A stretch of DNA of 64,000 nt from Akkermansia muciniphila (lineage in GTDB: Bacteria > Verrucomicrobiota > Kiritimatiellia > RFP12 > JAAYNR01), in NCBI GenBank assembly GCA_945870025.1, contig CAMBQN010000008.1, positions 34,666-98,665 of the forward strand, in the 5' to 3' direction. The stretch's first letter is position 1. Each line of letters opens with the position of its first letter. Shown one piece after another: positions 57,334 to 64,000 of this stretch. Position numbers and translations under genes: made by a program. The notes beneath the pieces are model-generated. The model ran no database searches. It was not told the DNA's origin and worked only from the letters and a program-made list of their open reading frames with translations.

Positions 57334-59511
57334 TTACCGTCCACCCTGTGTCTTCTGCTGCCAGATGCCGGTTCCCTGTTGCGCTTCAAGCGTCTTGATG
57401 TAATCGATCATACGGTCAACTTTGTCTTGTTCGGTTCGCAACTCGATGGCCTCGCCCTCCTTCGCGCAGATTCTAACCCATGAAGGGAGGATCTCCCTGT
57501 ATTGGTTCATCACGCGAAGCGCTTCCTCGAACCGATTCTGACGCAGCAAGACGTCCTGCACGAGACGGTAGTTCGCCTCCGGACTTTCCGGAAACAGCCT
57601 GCGAGCTTGCATGAACGCCTTCTCTGCGTCGTCAAATCGGCCTCGGAATGCGTAAACCCCGCCCATGGCGGAGCGCATCTTCGCGTAAGTCTTCTGCGCT
57701 CGGATGTCAGCGCCGAATGTCGCTTGGCTCCGCAGTTTCGCCTCGTAGCGCGCCCAGAACGCATGATCCTCCGCCACCATAGCGGCGGTCAGGGACGTCG
57801 GTTCGCTGTTCAGCCTGAGGATGAGACCATGGGGTGTCAGAAAGGGGTACATCCACGGTATGACATAGCTTTCCTCCACGAAGAACTGATGTTTGTCCTT
57901 GTTTCGCTCAAAGATCATCTGCGCCAGAATGCCATTGATTTCCATGACACCCGCCACACCTTCAACCGTGACCCGGCCGTCCTTGATATCCATCCCCGCA
58001 TTCTTGACACGCTTACCCGAGTTGACTTCCTCAACATAGATTTGGAAGGCCTTCGCTCTATCCGCCTGACCAGGCAAAGACATTCGGTCTCCGTACAGAC
58101 GACGGGCGTAATCCAGATAGAGGTTATCAGCCAACGCATTCTGGGTCACAATGAGGACCCCGTTGGTTCCTGCAAGAGCGTTGAACGCGGAGAGCACAAA
58201 GCGTCCCGGATCGGTTCCGGCAAATAGAACGGCGTTACTCGGGATGGAGCTCAAGATGTCGTCACCGTAGGTACGCAACAACGACGGCGTCCATTGCGAA
58301 AACTCCCCCCACGCTGCATGCGCGTCCAGAACGTACTGCCATGCGGGGGTATTGAGGCCGGGGTCGGGTTCTGGATCTCCCGGACGCGCTTCGTATTGTC
58401 CGATCCTCGCCCGGATGAAGGAGTAGGCATTGGAGACAGCGGCAGCATCACCGGTCTCCATCCCGCGAAACAAGCGCTGGTACGCTTCGTGAACGCGAAA
58501 GGTTTCTGCTGCTGCCGCGGAATCCATCTGTTGGTGCTTCAGTCGCACGTAGTTCACAAGGACCGCCGTGTTGGTTTCCGCCGGTGCGCCGGTGTCTACC
58601 GCCTGTGCCACAGCCACGCCCGCCGACTTTACTCCCGCCTCCGCCGCAGAAGGTTTCGGCTGAGCTGCGGCCATTTGCGGTTCCGGCTTCGCCTGTTCCT
58701 TGGCGACCGCCACATACGTTGTCACTCCCGCCCCGCCCACGGCGATCACTGCCGCTACCGCCGCCACCATCTTGACTTTTGCTAGAAACATGGCCTTCAT
58801 TGCTCCCTTCGCCAGCATTGCTACTGTGGATGTGGTGCCCGTGGCCGTGGCGGTTGTCGCCACGGCCGTTTTCACGGTCGCCAGGATGGAAGGAAGGAGT
58901 GTTTCCGGCACGGCTGCCGAGGCTTCGGAGGTGAGCAGACCAACGAGGGCCGCGCCGCCGAGTGCGACGCCGCGCTTGGCGAGGCGTTGCCGCAGCTTGG
59001 CGATGCCGTCACTGGCGCGACGCTTCATCGTGCCCAACGGACAACCGGCCGCCGCTGCAGCCGCCTGCTCGTTGAACCCGCGCAGATAGCGCAGTACGAT
59101 CGCTTCGCGCAGAATCGCCGACAAGCCGTCCAGTTCCGCATCCACATGGCTGCGCACGGCATCGTGCTCAGTTTCCGACAGATCCGGGGCCAGACTCTCC
59201 TGCCAAAGCGCGCATTCCATCTGGTTTCTTTCGTGTTGCATCCGCTTCCGCAGGGCCTCCAACGCCACAAGCCGCGCGACCCGATGGAGCCAGCCGTTCA
59301 GGCGGCCCTCCTGTCGGAGGTTTCCAGCCTTCCGGGCCAGCACAACAAAAGCCGCTTGCGTGGCATCCTCCGCGTCGTGGTCATTGCCCAGCAATCGTCG
59401 ACACGCCCGATAGACCATTGGCGTGTATCGCGACACCAGTTCCGCAAAAGCAGCCCCGTCGCCGGTGGCGACGAAACTGTCGAGCAGCTCCTTGTCAGTT
59501 TTCGATTGCAT
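57334..59511 (-). CDS. ECF sigma-70 factor fused to a TM segment and a large periplasmic TPR-like domain (paralog B)
   Basis: The N-terminal ~270 aa are near-identical to paralog A, including MLAKGAMKAMFLAKVKMVA. The C-terminal domain is different and ends in TPR-like helices. Confidence 0.7.
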   Translation of the reverse strand: MQSKTDKELLDSFVATGDGAAFAELVSRYTPMVYRACRRLLGNDHDAEDATQAAFVVLARKAGNLRQEGRLNGWLHRVARLVALEALRKRMQHERNQMECALWQESLAPDLSETEHDAVRSHVDAELDGLSAILREAIVLRYLRGFNEQAAAAAAGCPLGTMKRRASDGIAKLRQRLAKRGVALGGAALVGLLTSEASAAVPETLLPSILATVKTAVATTATATGTTSTVAMLAKGAMKAMFLAKVKMVAAVAAVIAVGGAGVTTYVAVAKEQAKPEPQMAAAQPKPSAAEAGVKSAGVAVAQAVDTGAPAETNTAVLVNYVRLKHQQMDSAAAAETFRVHEAYQRLFRGMETGDAAAVSNAYSFIRARIGQYEARPGDPEPDPGLNTPAWQYVLDAHAAWGEFSQWTPSLLRTYGDDILSSIPSNAVLFAGTDPGRFVLSAFNALAGTNGVLIVTQNALADNLYLDYARRLYGDRMSLPGQADRAKAFQIYVEEVNSGKRVKNAGMDIKDGRVTVEGVAGVMEINGILAQMIFERNKDKHQFFVEESYVIPWMYPFLTPHGLILRLNSEPTSLTAAMVAEDHAFWARYEAKLRSQATFGADIRAQKTYAKMRSAMGGVYAFRGRFDDAEKAFMQARRLFPESPEANYRLVQDVLLRQNRFEEALRVMNQYREILPSWVRICAKEGEAIELRTEQDKVDRMIDYIKTLEAQQGTGIWQQKTQGGR

Positions 59512-59739
59512 CACGTGACCCGTGTACCAAAACACGCCCTTCCTTTCACCACTATGCTGACAGACCTCGTGAAAAGGTTCGGTGTTATCCGAAATAAAGA
59601 TGCTTGCGAGCATAATCGTAATCGTAATCCGTTCTCCACCAGTAGATTAAGATTATGATTACGATTAAGATGGCAATAGTCCCTTAACTGAGCGCCATTC
59701 AGGCCCGTCCCCAGCGCGCTCGGTAGCACGCGGAGCGAC

Positions 59740-59990
59740 ACAAAATCCGACGCCGCACCCTTCGGATCGGTCACGGTCCCAAGATAGGGTCCGTATCAGT
59801 CCAGGCACGCCTCTTGCAAGTTGCCGTGCATGTCGTACAAGCCCCACGCATTGGCCTGATACGTCCCCGCAACCGCCGTGCCGTCGTTCGTCGCAACCCC
59901 TTGGTCGTGGCCGTACGTGTTCGGGCCGTTGTATTGGTACCGACCATCTGCCCGACCGCTTGCTGCGCGCCTTTCCCTGAATCAACAAAC
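59740..59990 (-). pseudogene. Truncated FGE-sulfatase-domain remnant
   Basis: The minus-strand translation [64 protein letters not shown] parallels the C-terminus of the intact FGE gene. It then diverges, and an in-frame stop lies upstream. Confidence 0.5.
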
Positions 59991-60030
59991 GGTCGCCACG
60001 CGCCAGGCTCTTCCCTTGTCTTGCTTTAAC

Positions 60031-61149
<1,119 letters not shown>

Positions 61150-61295
61150 GTTCCACCTCCTGTTTCAATTGACCCGACAGTTTGAGGGCGCGATCCAGCA
61201 AATCAGGAGTCGCCTGGATGTCTTGAATATCCTGTGTCGTTTCCATGGGCAGGATGATGTCAGAAGCGGGGATAAACGTCAAGATGCCCGCCAAA

Positions 61296-61442
61296 TGATG
61301 CAGCAATTCTAATTATGACAGCCGCTATCGGGATCCAAATCGGGATCGGGACCGAAATCGACGAGAAAGCAAGGAATTCGACCCCGATAGCGATAGCGAT
61401 AGCGATTTCGATTTCGACTGTACAGATGCGCCATAATTAGAA
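61296..61442. repeat. ~147-bp compound palindrome: outer inverted repeat gcaattctaattatg / cataattagaattgc with an inner inverted repeat of (atcgg/cgata)-type repeats
   Basis: The outer 15-bp inverted repeat is perfect. The inner arms are atcgggatccaaatcgggatcgggaccgaaatcgac and gtcgaaatcgaaatcgctatcgctatcgctatcggggtcg. It lies in an AT-rich island between the FGE gene and the sigma-54 activator. Confidence 0.55.
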
Positions 61443-61466
61443 TTGCCACCGAATGATGGCCGAGCG

Positions 61467-62999
61467 TCAGCGATACGCCTTGGGGTCGATGCCGAGCTGG
61501 CGGATGCGGTAATTGATGATCCGCTGGGTGGTCTGGAGGAATCGGGCGGCGCCGGCGGCGTTGCCGCGGTGTTTCTTCAGGGCGTCGACGAGGATCTCGC
61601 GCTCGTAGCTTTCCATCAGCGTCCGGAAGTTGGCGCCGTCGTCGGGGAGCGACGCCGTGTGCGTCGCCTCACTGGTCTGCAGCGTCGGCGGCAGGGTGTA
61701 GCCGTGGATCACTTCGTCGGTCGCGGTCAGCACCGCCCGCTCGATGCAATTCTCAAGCTCGCGGACGTTGCCCGGCCAGTGATAGGCCATCATCATGTTG
61801 ATGGCGGTGGTGGAGATGCGCTTGATGCTTTTGCCGTAAACCTCGCAGTGCTTCTTCAGAAAATACTCGGCGAGCAGGAGGATGTCGGACTTCCGTTCGC
61901 GCAGCGGCGGCAGATAGATGGGAAAGACGTTGAGCCGGTAGTAGAGATCCTCTCGGAACCGCCCCTCTTTGATTGCGGTTTCCAGATTGCGGTTGGTGGC
62001 GGCGATGATGCGGACGTTCACCGTGATCGGGACATCGCCGCCGACGCGATCAACGACGCGCTCCTGGAGCACGCGCAACAGGCGGATCTGCACGGCCGGA
62101 CTGATATCTCCGATCTCATCCAGGAACAGCGTGCCGCCATTGGCCAGCTCGAAGCGCCCCTTGCGCTGCTGCTGCGCGCCGGTGAAGGCGCCCTTCTCGT
62201 GCCCGAACAGCTCGCTCTCGATGAGCGTTTCGGGAAGGGCGGCGCAATTGACGCCGATGAACGGGCCGTTGCGGCGGGCGCTGCCGTAGTGAAGCGCGCG
62301 GGCGACGAGTTCCTTGCCGGTGCCCGATTCGCCGCGGATCAGAACCGTCGCGGCGCTGTCGGCGACCTGCACGATCTGGTCGTACACCTGGCGCATCAGG
62401 CGGGAGTTGCCGACCAGACTGCTGGGCTGATAGCGATTGCCAAGCTGCCGACGCAGCCGCTCATTTTCGGCGAGCAGGCTGTCGCGCTCGGCCATGTTTT
62501 CGCTCATCGCCGCCACGGCGGCGGCCAGCAGATTGCCCACCAACACGAGAAAATCCAGATCGCGGCGCAGCTCTTCCTCGGTGCTCGGCGGCCGGTCGGT
62601 GCTGATCGTGCCGACCACCACGCCGTTATGGATGATCGGCGTGCAGATGAAGGCGGTCTTCTTGCCGGTGCGGGCGCGGGTGCGGTTCAGAAAACGCGGA
62701 TCCTGGCTGATGTCCAGAACGATCTCCGGCTGACCGCTCTGCGCCACCATGCCGGTGATACCCTCTCCGATCCGGTACTGCCCCCGCTGCATCTCCTCCG
62801 GGGTCAGCCCGCGCGAGGCCTCGATCACGAGGATGTCGCTGTCGGGTTTGCGCAACGCCAACGCGCCGTGCGACAGGCCGATCTCGTGCTCGAGAATGTC
62901 CAGCACCTCCTGCAGCAGGGTTGAGACCGCCTGCCGGTGGAGCATGGCCTGCGAAATGCGGTAGAGAACGGCGAGTTCCTGTGTGGCGCGGTCTGTCAT
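61467..62999 (-). CDS. Sigma-54-dependent transcriptional activator (GAF + AAA+ + Fis-type HTH), AcoR-like
   Basis: The Walker A is GESGTGKE, the GAFTGA motif is present, and Walker B is FLDEIGD. The C-terminal HTH is [23 protein letters not shown]. The start at [11 protein letters not shown] overlaps the lpd stop by 4 nt. Confidence 0.85.
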   Translation of the reverse strand: MTDRATQELAVLYRISQAMLHRQAVSTLLQEVLDILEHEIGLSHGALALRKPDSDILVIEASRGLTPEEMQRGQYRIGEGITGMVAQSGQPEIVLDISQDPRFLNRTRARTGKKTAFICTPIIHNGVVVGTISTDRPPSTEEELRRDLDFLVLVGNLLAAAVAAMSENMAERDSLLAENERLRRQLGNRYQPSSLVGNSRLMRQVYDQIVQVADSAATVLIRGESGTGKELVARALHYGSARRNGPFIGVNCAALPETLIESELFGHEKGAFTGAQQQRKGRFELANGGTLFLDEIGDISPAVQIRLLRVLQERVVDRVGGDVPITVNVRIIAATNRNLETAIKEGRFREDLYYRLNVFPIYLPPLRERKSDILLLAEYFLKKHCEVYGKSIKRISTTAINMMMAYHWPGNVRELENCIERAVLTATDEVIHGYTLPPTLQTSEATHTASLPDDGANFRTLMESYEREILVDALKKHRGNAAGAARFLQTTQRIINYRIRQLGIDPKAYR

Positions 63000-64000
63000 G
63001 AGGTTCGCTTGGGCAGGTGGATGCAGGCGCCATGCACGGCGTGAGCAGCCTCCATCCAGGCCTCCGAAAAAGTCGGGTGGCAATGGATGGTGCGGCCGAG
63101 CTCTTCGACGGTGAGCTGATTGCGGATGGCGGTTGCCGCCTCGGCGATCAGATCGGTGGCGTGGGCTCCGACGGCCTGGGCGCCCAGCAACTGACCCGTG
63201 ACGGGGTCGGCGATCCACTTGACGAAGCCCTCGGTTTCGCCCGCGGCCATCGCCTTGCCGAGCGCAGCAAAGGGGAAGATGCCCGTGTGGATCGCACGGC
63301 CCTGGCTCTTGGCCTGCGCTTCGGAGATCCCGGCCAGGCCGACCTCCGGCATCGTGAAGATGCAGGAGGGACAGACCGTCTCGGCTGCGGTGCGCAGGCC
63401 GGCGGCGTTTTCCGCAGCGACAATCCCCTGCGCCGTCGCGGCGTGGGCGAGCTGAATGCTGCCCGCGGTGATGTCGCCGATGGCGAAGACCGAGGCGACG
63501 GCGGTGCGGCAATGGGCGTCAATCGGAATCTGGCCGCGCGCATCGAGCGACACGCCGGCGCGCGACAGTTCCAGAGCGGCGAGATCGGGCTTGCGTCCGA
63601 CGGCCACCAGGAGCAGATCCCCCGAGACGGTCTTTCCCTGATACGTGCCGCTGACGCCGTGGTCGTTGGCGGAGATGTCGGTGAGCGGGGCGCCAGCGAG
63701 GATCGTGATGCCCAGCTTCTCCATGCGGCGACGCAGCACGCGACGGACATCGGCATCGAGCACCATCAAGATGTCCGGGAGCATTTCGACGATCGTGACC
63801 GGCACGCCCAGCGCAGCGGCCATGCAGGCGAATTCGCAACCGATCACGCCGCCACCCAGGACGAGGAGCGAACGGGGCAGTTCGGTGCGGTCGAGAAAGG
63901 CGCGGCTCTCCACGACCCGCGGATGCTGCGGCAGGAAGCCGGGCATGGCCGAGACGCTTCCCGCCGCCACAATGATCGCGGGGGCCGACAGCCAGGTGAC
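62996..64000 (-). CDS. lpdA: Dihydrolipoyl dehydrogenase (E3)-like pyridine nucleotide-disulfide oxidoreductase, 5'-partial (continues past the window end)
   Basis: The NAD-binding segment is [14 protein letters not shown]. The C-terminal dimerisation His-Pro-Glu motif is [19 protein letters not shown]. Confidence 0.75.
   Translation of the reverse strand, partial: VTWLSAPAIIVAAGSVSAMPGFLPQHPRVVESRAFLDRTELPRSLLVLGGGVIGCEFACMAAALGVPVTIVEMLPDILMVLDADVRRVLRRRMEKLGITILAGAPLTDISANDHGVSGTYQGKTVSGDLLLVAVGRKPDLAALELSRAGVSLDARGQIPIDAHCRTAVASVFAIGDITAGSIQLAHAATAQGIVAAENAAGLRTAAETVCPSCIFTMPEVGLAGISEAQAKSQGRAIHTGIFPFAALGKAMAAGETEGFVKWIADPVTGQLLGAQAVGAHATDLIAEAATAIRNQLTVEELGRTIHCHPTFSEAWMEAAHAVHGACIHLPKRTS

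Noticed and set aside
63000-63512. N-terminal extension of the sigma-54 activator ORF ([13 protein letters not shown]...)
   Set aside because: It is Arg/His-rich junk overlapping the lpdA 3' end. The GAF domain begins after [11 protein letters not shown].

Overview
This is a GC-rich (~63-65%) window from a saccharolytic bacterium. It is dominated by carbohydrate-active enzyme genes, and the composition and gene content suggest a Planctomycetes-Verrucomicrobia-Chlamydiae superphylum member (Kiritimatiellota, Lentisphaerota or Verrucomicrobiota).

Gene content, 5' to 3':
- A truncated GH42 beta-galactosidase is on the + strand, convergent with a long minus-strand glycoside hydrolase operon: GH3, a six-hairpin GH63-like hydrolase, GH29 fucosidase, a secreted GH51-like enzyme, and a uroporphyrinogen-decarboxylase (URO-D)-like protein.
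- An AbiEii-like nucleotidyltransferase gene and a GH94-like six-hairpin enzyme follow in the same operon.
- A divergent intergenic region carries a GT/CA-rich hairpin repeat.
- A glycyl radical enzyme with an atypical RVSGW glycine loop is translationally coupled to a cytoplasmic beta-helix protein.
- Two AraC/isomerase/dehydrogenase modules are joined by a diverged ~130 bp direct repeat of a gene junction.
- A ~24 kb co-directional minus-strand cluster (25.3-49.8 kb) contains three more URO-D-like paralogs, two recently duplicated ~1040 aa GH106-like hydrolases, GH36, GH116, a CX5R phosphatase, a Gfo/Idh/MocA oxidoreductase, an Fe-S aldo/keto reductase, a CBM9/C25-like lipoprotein, a HEAT/PD-(D/E)xK/esterase fusion, and a split chrA.
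- A carrier protein (ACP) with an unknown partner, an AI-2E transporter, and a MITE-like inverted-repeat element come next.
- Two mosaic ECF sigma/anti-sigma fusion paralogs flank an AbiEi/AbiEii type IV TA pair.
- An FGE-sulfatase-domain protein and a truncated FGE remnant are next, followed by a long palindrome, a GAF sigma-54 activator and a partial lpdA.

No rRNA, tRNA or CRISPR was detected.

The most interesting candidates are the URO-D-like/GH106-like operon and the glycyl radical enzyme with its beta-helix partner.
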